The notes below the pieces were generated by a model that was not told the DNA's origin, did not search any database, and saw only the letters and a list, made by a program, of their open reading frames with translations. Below, in pieces: positions 40,471-51,256 of a DNA stretch of 64,000 bases. The stretch lies in contig CBDHHL010000056.1 in the NCBI GenBank assembly GCA_965263355.1, positions 160,001-224,000 on the forward strand, written 5' to 3'. Each line of letters starts with the position of its first letter. Within the stretch, counting starts at the first letter, position 1. The position numbers and the translations under genes were made by a program. The DNA is from Leptolyngbyaceae cyanobacterium (GTDB lineage Bacteria > Cyanobacteriota > Cyanobacteriia > Phormidesmidales > Phormidesmidaceae).

Positions 40471-40674
40471 CTATTCTCTAAAAACCAGCCATGTAGGCTT
40501 CCAGCACCGTGTTACTCTTTGAGCGTGCACCATTGAGTAATCACAATGGCCCAAGCCACAAGACACAATTAAGTTTGTTAGGTTACTAGCAACACTGCTA
40601 CCCAAACACCGATATGCTGAAACCATTGGTTGCCACCTCGGTTTCACAATTGCTACCATCCATTCAAAATCCCT

Positions 40675-41046
40675 ATGTCTACCGAATCTCAAAACAACCC
40701 GATCTGGGAAAGACTAGAACTAGGAAGACGTAGCAAAGCTGCCCAGGGAGGCTACGCTGGCTACGGTTCACCTGCGTTCGGAGAAAAAACAGTCAATGGC
40801 AATTTGGTGGCCGACGAAAAAGAACAGCAAATTATTGAACTGATACGTCGTCACCATAAGTCTGGAAAATCGCTACAGCAAATTGCCAATTGGATGAATA
40901 CCCAAGGTTATAAAACCAAGCGAGGTAAAGAATGGCAACGCATATCGGTCAAACGTGTGTTAGATAGGCTCTACGGAAAGACGCCTAGAATGACGAATGT
41001 TTCCGATAAGCCCGCCCTCAAAGCTGAAGATGAAGCTCAGACATAA
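40675..41046 (+). CDS. Stand-alone recombinase-family DNA-binding domain protein
   Basis: GGYAGYGSPAFG...EQQIIELIRR...SLQQIANWMN..GYKTKRGKEW....VKRVL; no serine catalytic domain. Confidence 0.8.
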   Translation: MSTESQNNPIWERLELGRRSKAAQGGYAGYGSPAFGEKTVNGNLVADEKEQQIIELIRRHHKSGKSLQQIANWMNTQGYKTKRGKEWQRISVKRVLDRLYGKTPRMTNVSDKPALKAEDEAQT

Positions 41047-41177
41047 CCTAAGCCACTAAAACCTCTTTTATGTCGGCTACCTAATCGGTGTAACGTTACA
41101 TCCCTGACTATATACTTCAGGTTAACCACAGTCCATGTCTGACAAAGTTTTAATCTTATTTAGCCGTTACATCCCTA

Positions 41178-42386
41178 ATGACCGTTGATAAGGCCTTGAA
41201 TTCGACGCCAGTTTCTGTGTCCAACCGTGGTCATTCTGAGGTTGCTGATATTCCCCATGGGACGATGGCGTCATCCGACCTGTTGCAAACGGTCACGCCC
41301 ATGATGGCCGATGCCATTGATCAACAGGTGTTAATAGTATCTCTTGATTGGTCATTAAGTCGGGTGATCGCAACCATGGGAGCTACTAGGACCACCTGTG
41401 GCTTAACTACGGGTAGTTCTAATAGCCGTCATGCAAGCTGCGCCTTGATCGTAGAAGACGATCAAGTGGTTGGTATTTTTACTGAACGCGATATTGTCAA
41501 ACTGACGGCAAAAGGTAAGGATTTAAGCGCCCTGGCTGTAGCTGATGTGATGACGTCACCGGTCAAGACGTTACAGCGGTCTGCCGTTCAAGATATTTTT
41601 GCAGTCTTATTTTTATTTCGTCGCTATCGGATTCGACATTTGCCCATTGTGGATGAGTTCAACCGCCCCATCGGAATTGTGACCCAAGATAGTATTCGAA
41701 GGGTATTACGTCCTGCCAATTTGCTCAAAATGCGGCGGGTTGCCGATGTGATGTCAACCAGCGTAATTCATGCATCGCCAACAGCGCCGATCATGCAGTT
41801 AGCGCAGCAGATGGCAGACCATCGGGTCAGTTGTATTGTCATTGTCGAAGTGGACAGTCAGGCTACGACCAGCGGTGAGCTGCGGGCGTTTATGCCCATG
41901 GGCATTGTGACTGAGCGCGATATTGTTCAGTTTCAGGCTCTGGAATTAAATCTGCAGCGGTTGACGGCTCAGGATGTGATGAGCACACCCCTGTTTTTAT
42001 TGGAACCGACTGATTCTTTATGGACGGCCCACCAAGAAATGCAAACACGTCGGGTAAGGCGTCTGGTGGTGTCTTGGAACTGGGGGAGTGGTTTGGGGAT
42101 TGTGACGCAAACTAGTCTGCTGAAGGTTTTTGACCCGATTGAGATGTACGGCATCATTGAAAGTATGCAGCAAACGCTCAACCAGATTGGGGATGGCTCC
42201 CCCACGCCCGCAACGTCGCAAAAGCCAACACCAGTCACCGACCGGGTCACAGATTTGCTATTTGATATTGAAACAAAGCTGCTTGGGCTATCAAATGAGG
42301 GCAGCCCAACAACGGAAAAGCATCAGCAACTGGTGCGGGGGGCATTAAAGTCGCTACAGCAGGTGCAGGCAATAGTCAGCAGCTGA
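41178..42386 (+). CDS. Multi-CBS domain protein
   Basis: GIFTERDIV, IRHLPIVD, GIVTERDIV and GIVTQTSLL motifs indicate four CBS domains. Confidence 0.88.
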   Translation: MTVDKALNSTPVSVSNRGHSEVADIPHGTMASSDLLQTVTPMMADAIDQQVLIVSLDWSLSRVIATMGATRTTCGLTTGSSNSRHASCALIVEDDQVVGIFTERDIVKLTAKGKDLSALAVADVMTSPVKTLQRSAVQDIFAVLFLFRRYRIRHLPIVDEFNRPIGIVTQDSIRRVLRPANLLKMRRVADVMSTSVIHASPTAPIMQLAQQMADHRVSCIVIVEVDSQATTSGELRAFMPMGIVTERDIVQFQALELNLQRLTAQDVMSTPLFLLEPTDSLWTAHQEMQTRRVRRLVVSWNWGSGLGIVTQTSLLKVFDPIEMYGIIESMQQTLNQIGDGSPTPATSQKPTPVTDRVTDLLFDIETKLLGLSNEGSPTTEKHQQLVRGALKSLQQVQAIVSS

Positions 42387-42413
42387 TAGTTATCAACTAT
42401 TCATTCTCAATTA

Positions 42414-43628
42414 TTAATTATCCATTGCCTGTTGCCAGTATTCGTAAACGCTAGTGGCCATTGTGAGGACACCGGTTGCGATCGCACCCTCATCCACTTC
42501 AAATTTAGGATGGTGCAGGGGGTGGTTATGGCGGTCTTCAAACCCAATACCCAAGCGAAACATGTTACCCGGCACCTGTTCAGTATAGAGGGCAAAATCT
42601 TCAGCTCCTGTGGAGGGTTCGGCCAGCCACTCAATACAATGTTCGCCTAGGCTCTTCTGGGCCGCATCGGCGACAATCTGCACTAGTTTTTCAGCATTGA
42701 TAACAGAAGTAACCAGCCGCTGGTAGTTAAATTCATATTTAGCACCGTGCATGGTGCACACACCAGCAACAATATCCTCAATCCACTCAGGTAGCTTTTT
42801 ATGAACGTCGGGTTGCAGCGATCGCACCGTTCCCTGCATCACTACCCGATCGGCAATTACATTCGCCGCTTTACCCCCAGAAATTTTGCCAATGGTAATC
42901 ACAGCCGGGTGTAATGGATTGATCCGACGACTGAGCGATTGTTGCAAGGTGGTCATCACCTGGGAGGCTACCCAAATTGCATCGACCGCCTGGTGGGGGC
43001 GGGCACCATGGCCTGACTCGCCAATAATGACAATTTCCACATCATCTGATGCCGCTGTCAGCGCTCCCCGCCGTAGCCCCACCTTACCCGCCTGAATAGT
43101 AGGCAGTACATGGACCCCAAAAATTGCTACCACATCTGTCAGGGCATTATCGTTAATCATCCACTTAGCCCCCTGCGCGGTTTCCTCCGCAGGCTGAAAT
43201 AAAAAGCGTGTGGTACCGGCAAATTTTTGCTGTTCAGTGAGTTCGGCCAGAACCATGGCAGTCCCTAGACCAACCGTTGTATGCACATCGTGACCGCAGG
43301 CATGCATAATGCCTCGATTTTTAGAGCTAAAGGGCAGATCAACCTGTTCAAGAATTGGTAACGCATCCATATCCGTCCGTACAGCCAAAATTTCAGAGAC
43401 AGTTCCGGTCCCTTCAAGGTTGACCACTACGCCAGTTTTCCCAATCATTTCCTGGACATGCAGCCCACAGGATGACATTACCCCAGCAACGTAGGCAGCG
43501 GTTTGATATTCCTGACCGCTGAGTTCTGGATGGGCATGGAGGTGACGGCGAATTTCAATCAGGCGTGGAGTAATTTTTTCGGTGATGGCCTTAATCTGAT
43601 CGTGCATGGTGCAATGGGAAGGGGGCAT
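42414..43628 (-). CDS. M20 family amidohydrolase (likely start about 43607)
   Basis: RRHLHAHPELS, RTDMDALP, MHACGHD, FQPAEE, GHGARPH, GAEDF and LHHPKF motifs. Confidence 0.92.
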   Translation of the reverse strand: MPPSHCTMHDQIKAITEKITPRLIEIRRHLHAHPELSGQEYQTAAYVAGVMSSCGLHVQEMIGKTGVVVNLEGTGTVSEILAVRTDMDALPILEQVDLPFSSKNRGIMHACGHDVHTTVGLGTAMVLAELTEQQKFAGTTRFLFQPAEETAQGAKWMINDNALTDVVAIFGVHVLPTIQAGKVGLRRGALTAASDDVEIVIIGESGHGARPHQAVDAIWVASQVMTTLQQSLSRRINPLHPAVITIGKISGGKAANVIADRVVMQGTVRSLQPDVHKKLPEWIEDIVAGVCTMHGAKYEFNYQRLVTSVINAEKLVQIVADAAQKSLGEHCIEWLAEPSTGAEDFALYTEQVPGNMFRLGIGFEDRHNHPLHHPKFEVDEGAIATGVLTMATSVYEYWQQAMDN

Positions 43629-44058
43629 TTATTTAGTTTACGGTGCTATACACGATCACAGTTTTCTAATGTCAACACACCTTTTGAAAAAGCTTGTTCA
43701 GATATTAAAGGCGTTTTTTACCAGTTTTCTAAAAAACTTAAATGTGATTGGAATTCCTGGAGAGATAGTGCTGACACACTTCTAAGTAGATGAGCACAAT
43801 TCATTTCAAAATCCTAGAAGCCCCTTTACGGAAGCATCTGTGTTCTCCATACCCCGACTGGCTTAAGGAAGAGATGGGGATAGGGGCTACTGTTTAGTTG
43901 TGGCGAATATACAGCTAAGTACCAGACATGCTAAAAACACAATGAGCAATACAAGGCTGTCTTTTGGTTCACAGCCTCTGAACCATACTAGCGCTCAAAT
44001 CTGTGTCAATGGCGACATGACTTGCCAAAGACGATTGAACAGGGTATCTATGGAGCAT

Positions 44059-44132
44059 CTAAGCCACGTCCAAGTTAAAACCTGCGGGGTCTTCTAGGTC
44101 AAAATGACCGTCCTGGATGTGGACAAGATTTA
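44059..44132 (+). repeat. About 74-bp MITE-like dispersed repeat, copy 3
   Basis: ctaagccacgtccaagttaaaacctg...aaaatgaccgtcctggatgtggacaagattta. Confidence 0.8.
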
Positions 44133-44167
44133 TTCAAGTACCGTTATTCAACTGAGCGCTAACCGTT

Positions 44168-45298
44168 GTGAATGCAGCCTTAAACGCCATTACCCTGACA
44201 AATATCATTCGCATTATCGTACCTATACTCATTATCCTGGGTGCGTTTTTTCTAGGACTGGTCGTTGAACGCCAGGGACTCAATCGACTCCAGGCAGCTT
44301 CTACAAAACTTGGCTGGGGCGGTGCTGATGTCATCATCAGTTCCCTCAAAGGATTGATTTTGCTTTGGTTTGTTATCGGGGGTGCCTTTGCAGCCATCCC
44401 GACTTTACCGATTGACAATAATCTATTTCTAACGATTCAAAAGAGTCTATTAGCCGCTGCCATTGCGTCGGGTACGTTGATTGTTGCTCGTCTGGCAGTC
44501 GGTTTTGTTCGCTACTTTTCTGAAACTAAGGGGGCAGGCAGCCTTACATCTCTATTTGAGATGCTGACGCGGATTGTTATCTTCACCTTTGGTGTTCTTG
44601 TTATTCTTCAATCCCTTGGTATTGCCATTACCCCCTTACTAACTGCCCTGGGTATCGGTGGTGTGTCCCTGGGTTTGGCTTTTCAGAGCACCCTCACCAA
44701 CTTTCTCTCCGGTCTAAATTTAGCCACCTCTAATAAGCTCAGGGTGGGAGACTTTATCCAGCTAGATTCTGGTGAAGAAGGCTATGTTGTCGATATTGCC
44801 TGGCGACATACCATCTTGCAAGACATCCGCGACAATATGGTAGTAGTCCCTAATACCCGCATCCTCAATAATGTCTTCAAAAATTATGGTTTACCGGACC
44901 AAGAAGCACTAATTGTGCTTGAAGTTGGTATTAGCTACGACACAGACTTAGAACAGGTTGAACAGGTAGCCCTTGAGGTGGCCAATCAGGTTATGAATGA
45001 GGTGGCAGGCGGTGTTCCTGATTCTGACCCGTGGATTCGGTTTAAAGAATTTGGTTACTTTGCCATTACCATGGCAGTCTATCTGCGCATTCGCGAATAT
45101 TTCGACCATCTGGTTGTGCGCCATGAGTTTATTAAACGACTGCATACACGCTTCCGCAATGAGAATATTCCCATGCCGTTTCCGATTAAAACATCGTTAA
45201 TTCCAATCCCCCATGAGCAGAAGCACAATGTTAAACGCAGTGCCCTGAGCCAGGACGGGTTAGCTGAACTACCTTTTTTAAAGGATGATCACCAGTAG
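44168..45298 (+). CDS. Small-conductance mechanosensitive channel (MscS family)
   Basis: LGIGGVSLGLAFQSTLTNFLSG, VGDFI...EGYV.DI.WR.T, VPN and VGISYDTDLE motifs. Confidence 0.92.
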   Translation: MNAALNAITLTNIIRIIVPILIILGAFFLGLVVERQGLNRLQAASTKLGWGGADVIISSLKGLILLWFVIGGAFAAIPTLPIDNNLFLTIQKSLLAAAIASGTLIVARLAVGFVRYFSETKGAGSLTSLFEMLTRIVIFTFGVLVILQSLGIAITPLLTALGIGGVSLGLAFQSTLTNFLSGLNLATSNKLRVGDFIQLDSGEEGYVVDIAWRHTILQDIRDNMVVVPNTRILNNVFKNYGLPDQEALIVLEVGISYDTDLEQVEQVALEVANQVMNEVAGGVPDSDPWIRFKEFGYFAITMAVYLRIREYFDHLVVRHEFIKRLHTRFRNENIPMPFPIKTSLIPIPHEQKHNVKRSALSQDGLAELPFLKDDHQ

Positions 45299-45390
45299 CA
45301 GTTTATTTATCACTCACCACAAAGGCCCAAGTAATGAGGATTGAATAACTTCCATATTTTGCTTGAGTTGAGGCAAAGTGGGATACCCTT

Positions 45391-45422
45391 TCCCCTCCTG
45401 GGAGGGGCAGCGGGGTGGGTTG
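45391..45422. repeat. GC-rich REP-like repeat (cccctcctgggaggggca...ggggtgggtt family)
   Basis: Related sequences occur as an inverted pair at 59247-59336 and degenerately at about 47341-47374 and 47686-47717. Confidence 0.65.
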
Positions 45423-45562
45423 CCCCCCTTACAGCATCTCTCCCAAGCGGTAAGGAATCGGCACATTATTAAATTTCCAATCCCAAGATCATGGGCTTAC
45501 ACCTACCACCGCTCACCGCCCCACGCAAAATTTTAAGCTTGACACAATAGTAAGTGTTGTTT

Positions 45563-47281
45563 TTAAACATATAGAGTAAGCGATTGATTCTCTTCCCCAG
45601 ATGTCTCTTCAGCTTGAGCCTGCAACAAACGATTGCAGCCGTTGATCACGGCCAGCATAGAAGCAGTGGTAAGATTGCGATGGGTACCCATGCCATAGTA
45701 GCGCTGCTGTTTTTGGGGAACCGTCACAGCCACCAACGCAATTGCTGTGGCTCCGCTGCCCGTATTTAATGCCCGTTCCTCATAGTCAGCTATCTCGATG
45801 GCAAATCCATGATGGCGTAGGGCTGCCACCAGAGCATCAATCGGCCCATTCCCAGCTCCCTGAAACCATAGTGTTTGATTTTCATAGCTCACTTGCATAG
45901 TTAGCCGCTGTACCTGATGGTTGTCACCTGCGGTTTCTAGCCGGTGGGTTACGTATCCCAGTGGACCAGCCAGTGCGCCATAGGTTTGACAAAACAACTG
46001 CCAAATTAAACCAGACGACATTTCCTCACCAGTGCGATCCATCACTTGTTGTACTACCTGGCTAAACTCCACCTGCAAAGGCTTAGGGAGTACGACACCA
46101 TAGTCTCGCTCCAGCAAAAATGCAATACCCCCCTTGCCTGACTGACTATTGACTCGCACAATGGCTTCATAGGAGCGGCCCACATCTGCCGGATCCATGG
46201 GTAAATAGGGAATTTCCCAGATATCCTCTGGCTGACGTTGGGCAAATCCTTTTTTGATCGCATCCTGGTGAGACCCTGAAAAGGCAGTGAACACCAGCTC
46301 CCCAACATAGGGATGACGCGGATGGATGGGTAGCTGAGTACATCGCTCAACTACCTCAGAGACTTGAGCAATCTTTGAGAAATCTAGCCCCGGATGAATG
46401 CCCTGGGTATAGAGGTTCATGGCCAGGGTCACCAGGTCCACATTGCCCGTACGTTCACCATTGCCAAAGAGACAGCCTTCTACCCGGTCAGCACCTCCCA
46501 TTTGCGCCAGTTCTGCAGCTGCAACACTACAGCCTCGGTCATTATGGGGATGAACGCTAAGGGCCACGGCCTCACGATAGGCCAAATGGCGATGCATCCA
46601 TTCCACCTGGTCGGCAAATACATTGGGGGTGGCTACTTCTACACTGGCAGGCAGGTTAATAATTGCCTTTGCCTTTGGGGTGGGCTGCCATACTGCCAGG
46701 ACGGCATTACAAATATCTCGGGCAAAGGGGAGTTCTGTGGAGGTAAAAACTTCTGGAGAATATTGAAATCGCCAGACTGTGTCGGACTGACGTTGGGCAA
46801 GCTGCCGGATTAGCGCGGCTGCCGACACTGCTAGTTCAATGGTTTCAGCCTGATTGTTGCCAAACACCACTCGCCGAAATACAGGAGCTGTCGCGTTGTA
46901 GACATGGACAATTGCCCGTTTTGCCCCTTGCAATGATTCAAATGTCCGTCGGATCAGTGGTTCTCTCGCTTGAGTGAGAACCTGTATAGTGACTTCATCG
47001 GGTATATGGTTTTCGTCAATCAGCCGTCGGACAAACTCAAATTCTGTTGCCGATGCGGATGGAAACCCCACTTCGATTTCTTTAAAGCCTATTTGCACTA
47101 ACAACTGAAAAAACCGTAGCTTTTGGTCAATGGACATGGGCTGAGCCAGGGCCTGATTGCCATCGCGCAGATCGGTGCTAAGCCATACGGGGGGCTGGGT
47201 AAGGGTGCGGCTGGGCCAGGTGCGATCGCTAAGCTGAATCGGTTGAAATGGACGGTATTTTTGAGCGGGATTCTGCAACAT
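45563..47281 (-). CDS. leuA: 2-isopropylmalate synthase, yeast/actinobacterial-type LeuA (start MLQNPAQKY at 47281)
   Basis: RTWP, DLRDGNQAL, EIEVGFP, YSPE.F, HPHNDRG, GNGERTGNVD, AFSGSHQDAIKKG and RVNSQSGKGG motifs. Confidence 0.95.
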   Translation of the reverse strand: MLQNPAQKYRPFQPIQLSDRTWPSRTLTQPPVWLSTDLRDGNQALAQPMSIDQKLRFFQLLVQIGFKEIEVGFPSASATEFEFVRRLIDENHIPDEVTIQVLTQAREPLIRRTFESLQGAKRAIVHVYNATAPVFRRVVFGNNQAETIELAVSAAALIRQLAQRQSDTVWRFQYSPEVFTSTELPFARDICNAVLAVWQPTPKAKAIINLPASVEVATPNVFADQVEWMHRHLAYREAVALSVHPHNDRGCSVAAAELAQMGGADRVEGCLFGNGERTGNVDLVTLAMNLYTQGIHPGLDFSKIAQVSEVVERCTQLPIHPRHPYVGELVFTAFSGSHQDAIKKGFAQRQPEDIWEIPYLPMDPADVGRSYEAIVRVNSQSGKGGIAFLLERDYGVVLPKPLQVEFSQVVQQVMDRTGEEMSSGLIWQLFCQTYGALAGPLGYVTHRLETAGDNHQVQRLTMQVSYENQTLWFQGAGNGPIDALVAALRHHGFAIEIADYEERALNTGSGATAIALVAVTVPQKQQRYYGMGTHRNLTTASMLAVINGCNRLLQAQAEETSGEENQSLTLYV

Positions 47282-47918
47282 GATGGTTTCCTTAAACGAG
47301 TTGTTGTACTGGGATAATCGAAGGTAGACAGCGCCTAGGGAACCCACCCCAACATTTCCCCCTTGGAAAGCAGGGCTGTTTCATTGTTTGGACAGAAAAT
47401 CTGAAGGCATTGAAAGCTCATTTGAGGAAAGGCATGCTCTACTTGGCGGTGGGCCAAACAACAATGCGATAACCTGATTAATCGCCCCCGCCGTAACCCT
47501 TCCTTTAATACCATCAAGAACACCCCAGTAGGTGGGGTTCTGGGGCGGCCTTCCGGCCCTAGCCATGGGGGTTTGGGGAACTCGGAGGGACCCCAAGCAA
47601 CCGGTTTTAGTTCTCTCCGATCATATCTCGATTTAGTATGAACGAAGTAATAAGCCTTACGGATTTTCTCTGGTGAACACGAAACAACCCTGTCCTTGGA
47701 AGGGGTATCGGTGGGTAGCCATAGTTTTAAAAGCAGGTAACAAAAATGACAGCTTACCAGAGCGCTTTCATCTCATCGCCTAGTTTCTGTCTAAGACAAC
47801 AGGAGCTGTCTATGAAATAACTGTGCAATCACTATAGGCATGCAACTCAAAGGTTAAACCCCTACTTAAAGGAGCTACAAACTTCTAAATTGTCTTTGTA
47901 GACGCCTGTTCGGATCGA

Positions 47919-48023
47919 TTAATTTTGGGGTGAAGTCAAGTTAGTATGCGCCAGGCGCAGCAGCAGTCCTAGCCCGTTGAGGCTAGTTAGACTGTGTAGT
48001 GATAGCTGCTTGGTGGTGTTCAT
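47919..48023 (-). promoter_or_regulatory. Candidate leucine-rich leader peptide upstream of leuA
   Basis: MNTTKQLSLHSLTSLNGLGLLLRLAHTNLTSPQN*: 10 Leu in 34 codons (4 CTA and a CTG run); same strand as leuA. Confidence 0.5.
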
Positions 48024-48111
48024 ATCTAACACGATAACAATTAGAACGTAATATACATGGTAGCCTGTAAGTTCTTCTTTCGTCAACAAACTATGCTAGT
48101 AAGTCATTAAT

Positions 48112-48516
48112 CTAGTCAATCTGCCAATCAACAACTGGGAGACTCAATACTCTTTCAAACTCTTTGGTGTTATGAGTCACCAATGTCAACTCATTGACTA
48201 ATGCAATGGCAGCAATTTGTAAATCATTAGGGCCAATAGGTGTACCAGCCGCCGCTAACGTAGCACGGATTTTAGCATAAACCTTAGCCGCCTCATCATC
48301 AAACAGTAACGAGATAAAAGCCTGTAAAAATTGTTTTTGTTTTGCTAATGTCTTTTGAGGATTATTGCTTCGTTGTGCACCATAAAATAGTTCTGCTTTT
48401 ACCACCGAGCAAACGGCAATATCGTCGGATGACTGTTCCTTTAGCCACTGACGAACAGATTTAGAACGGCCATTCAAATACATGACACATATGTTGGTAT
48501 CCAGCAAATATTGCAT
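48112..48516 (-). CDS. vapC: VapC-family PIN domain toxin
   Basis: YLLDTNIC, AELFYGA, PIGPNDLQIAAIAL and LVTHNTKEF motifs. Confidence 0.92.
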   Translation of the reverse strand: MQYLLDTNICVMYLNGRSKSVRQWLKEQSSDDIAVCSVVKAELFYGAQRSNNPQKTLAKQKQFLQAFISLLFDDEAAKVYAKIRATLAAAGTPIGPNDLQIAAIALVNELTLVTHNTKEFERVLSLPVVDWQID

Positions 48517-48825
48517 CCTAGCAAGTTCCTACGAGCATGTCCTCCTGGTATTCAAAGGGAATTTGCACTGGCAACGTAACTAAAACAATATTGCCCTTAT
48601 CTAACTAATGAGGATTCCAGTTTGCTCAGCCGTAACTTCCTAAAAAGCCTTGGTTCAAATCAGATAGTTAGCATTTATCTTCAATATCATAGCCTGGTGC
48701 TATGGATTCAGCTTAGCCATTACCCACAGGCTTTTCCATATTCGAGACAGGTATAACAATACAGAAATTTTTTAAGCAGAAATGCCTGGTACCCTAACAT
48801 AGTTAACAAAACTTCACTAAATTTT

Positions 48826-50046
48826 ATGGCTGCCAAATCACGGCTACCTCTACAGTTTTGGATCGTCACCCTGGTGGCGTTTATCAACTCCGTCAGCTTT
48901 ACCATTATCATTCCAACGCTATACCCCTATGCCAAGGAATTTGGCCTCAGTGACCTGGCGGCCAGTCTGCTAACCACAGGGTTTTCCCTATCGCAGTTTT
49001 TGGGAACGCCTATTTTAGGACGCCTGTCGGATCGCATTGGTCGGAAACCATTATTGGTCATTAGCTTACTGGGTACTGTGGTGGCTAACATCCTGGCGGC
49101 AGTGAGTCCTTTTGCCTGGTGGTTGTATCTGGCGCGGATGTTGGATGGATTAACTGGGGGCAATAATTCGGTGGCCCAAGCCGTGGTGAGTGATATTACG
49201 ACCCCAGAACAGCGTACCCAGGCCTTTGGCATTTTTGGGGGCATGTTCCGTCTTGGTTTTGTCGTGGGTCCTCCCCTGGCTTACTTTGCCCAGACTTTGC
49301 CACCATTGCCAGGTATTACGCCATTGGGTATGAGCTTTATGATGTCAGCCATCATGGCACTCGTGGCGGCAATTCTGTGTTTTGCGGTGCTGCCGGAAAC
49401 CCGTCCACCGTCAGACTGTGATAAAAACCTCAAACTCTCCCTGGCTGACTTCGGCTTTGGTCGCCTTGCCACCTCATTTCGGAAACCGTTGGTGGGTCGC
49501 ATTTTTATCATGACCTTTCTCAACGGGGCCACGTTTACCGTATTCACCTTTGCGTTTCAGCCCTTCTTTCTGACCGTGCTGGGACAAGATACTAAATTAT
49601 TGGCCTTTTCCTTTGTCTTTTTTGGCATTCTGGCCTTTCTCTCCCAGGTATTTCTATTAGAGCCCCTGCGTAAACGGATGAATCTTGTCACGTTGCTGGT
49701 GGTGGCGCTGATTATGCGTGGGATCTTGCTAATCCTTTATCCCTCATTTCCAACAATTCAGGCATTTTGGATCCTGTTATTCTTCTTTGGCATTGTCAAT
49801 GCTTTTCCCATGCCGCTGATTGATTCGCTGTTGTCGTTACGGACACCCAAGGATGAACAGGGGGAAGCCCTGGGGACCAATTCTTCCTATTTGAGTATCG
49901 CTAATGCGGTGGGTCCGGCTATTTCTGGTGTGCTAGTCACCTTTGGCTACGGGATTCCGTTTTTTGTGGCGGGCGGGTTGACGATTGCGATCGCACTATT
50001 CGCCCTTTCCCTAAATACTCCAAGTCAAGAAGCAACAGCGGTTTAA
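48826..50046 (+). CDS. MFS transporter (TetA/DHA1-like)
   Basis: Motif A GRLSDRIGRKP, LARMLDGLTGG and GFVVGP; about 12 transmembrane segments. Confidence 0.9.
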   Translation: MAAKSRLPLQFWIVTLVAFINSVSFTIIIPTLYPYAKEFGLSDLAASLLTTGFSLSQFLGTPILGRLSDRIGRKPLLVISLLGTVVANILAAVSPFAWWLYLARMLDGLTGGNNSVAQAVVSDITTPEQRTQAFGIFGGMFRLGFVVGPPLAYFAQTLPPLPGITPLGMSFMMSAIMALVAAILCFAVLPETRPPSDCDKNLKLSLADFGFGRLATSFRKPLVGRIFIMTFLNGATFTVFTFAFQPFFLTVLGQDTKLLAFSFVFFGILAFLSQVFLLEPLRKRMNLVTLLVVALIMRGILLILYPSFPTIQAFWILLFFFGIVNAFPMPLIDSLLSLRTPKDEQGEALGTNSSYLSIANAVGPAISGVLVTFGYGIPFFVAGGLTIAIALFALSLNTPSQEATAV

Positions 50047-50054
50047 TGTTGAGA

Positions 50055-50090
50055 TTAGTCAATGCCTAGTTGGGATTAGGCATTGACTAT
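50055..50090. terminator. Bidirectional hairpin between the convergent MFS and rph genes
   Basis: tagtcaatgccta - 8 nt - taggcattgacta, a perfect 13-bp stem. Confidence 0.75.
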
Positions 50091-50097
50091 TTGTTGT

Positions 50098-50820
50098 TTA
50101 ACCTTGCAATAGAGCCTCTTTCTGCAACGCCATCAACCGTTTGATGCCTAACTCTGCATAGTCCAACATCTGGTTAAGTTGCTGACGGCTAAAGCTATCG
50201 GCTTCGGCAGTGCCCTGGACTTCGATGTAACCCAGGTCACCATTCAGAACAACATTGAAGTCAATGTCAGCAGCGACGTCTTCGGGATAGTTCAAATCGA
50301 GAAAGGCATCGCCGTCTAACAAGCCGACAGACACAGCTGCAATCTGATGTTTGAGGGGGGAGCTTTGTAAAGTGCCGTTGTCGATTAGAGTTGCGATCGC
50401 ATCTTCTAAGGCCACATAGGCCCCCGTGATCGACGTCGTGCGAGTCCCCCCATCGGCCTGGATCACATCCGCATCCACCATCAGCGTTATTTCCCCTAAC
50501 GCCTCTAAATCGATGGCCGCCCGCAAACTACGACCAATCAACCGCTGAATCTCTTGGGTGCGGCCCGATAATTTCATCAACTCCCGCTTACTGCGAGTAT
50601 GGGTGGCACTGGGCAACATGCGATATTCAGCAGTCAACCAGCCCTGTCCCGAATCCTTAAGCCAACGAGGCACATCGTCAGACACCGACACCGTACAAAG
50701 CACCTGGGTATTACCGCAGTGGGTTAAGACAGACCCCGCCGCATAGCGAGTAAAATGCCGCTCAAATTTAATCGGACGGAGTTCATCGGGTTGTCGGCCA
50801 TCGGGACGCTGCCAAACCAT
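50098..50820 (-). CDS. rph: Ribonuclease PH
   Basis: [43 protein letters not shown] and IEVQGTAE motifs. Confidence 0.97.
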   Translation of the reverse strand: MVWQRPDGRQPDELRPIKFERHFTRYAAGSVLTHCGNTQVLCTVSVSDDVPRWLKDSGQGWLTAEYRMLPSATHTRSKRELMKLSGRTQEIQRLIGRSLRAAIDLEALGEITLMVDADVIQADGGTRTTSITGAYVALEDAIATLIDNGTLQSSPLKHQIAAVSVGLLDGDAFLDLNYPEDVAADIDFNVVLNGDLGYIEVQGTAEADSFSRQQLNQMLDYAELGIKRLMALQKEALLQG

Positions 50821-51256
50821 AGTAAATGCTCTATAGAAAATATTTCCAAGATACACAGCCTGGGAGCCAATAAAGGGTTACCACTAGTTTTTTTAGGGTT
50901 TACCAAAACCGGTTTAATAAAATACCTTTACTGAAGAATTATTCAGATTTCTGGGTTACTAATGTGAAAAATATTGAACTTTGGAACTCCATGACCTCAG
51001 ACCATCGTCTGCGTAGCAAACATGTCCTCATTGCGCTATTTTTCACAGACTTCAGATCCTTTATGTAAACTACGTGGAAGCGTTCTAATTCTAGAACTGC
51101 CATTTCACTCACTGTAGTCAGGGTGTGATGTATCAATATCTTGACATTTAGGATCTTTGTGACAAGGAACGATTAAACATGAATACCTGTTTGCCAAAAA
51201 TTGATCAGTATTTAATCAATAATAAAGCCTTATTAAAGTAATCCCCCCTAGAGGAA

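Noticed and set aside
40471..40692. 73-aa ORF in frame with the CBS remnant (possible readthrough)
   Set aside because: Its translation shows no CBS similarity and it overlaps the divergent gene start; the shared frame is probably coincidental.
43900..44097. 65-aa ORF upstream of the MscS gene
   Set aside because: No motifs, and it runs into the MITE-like repeat.
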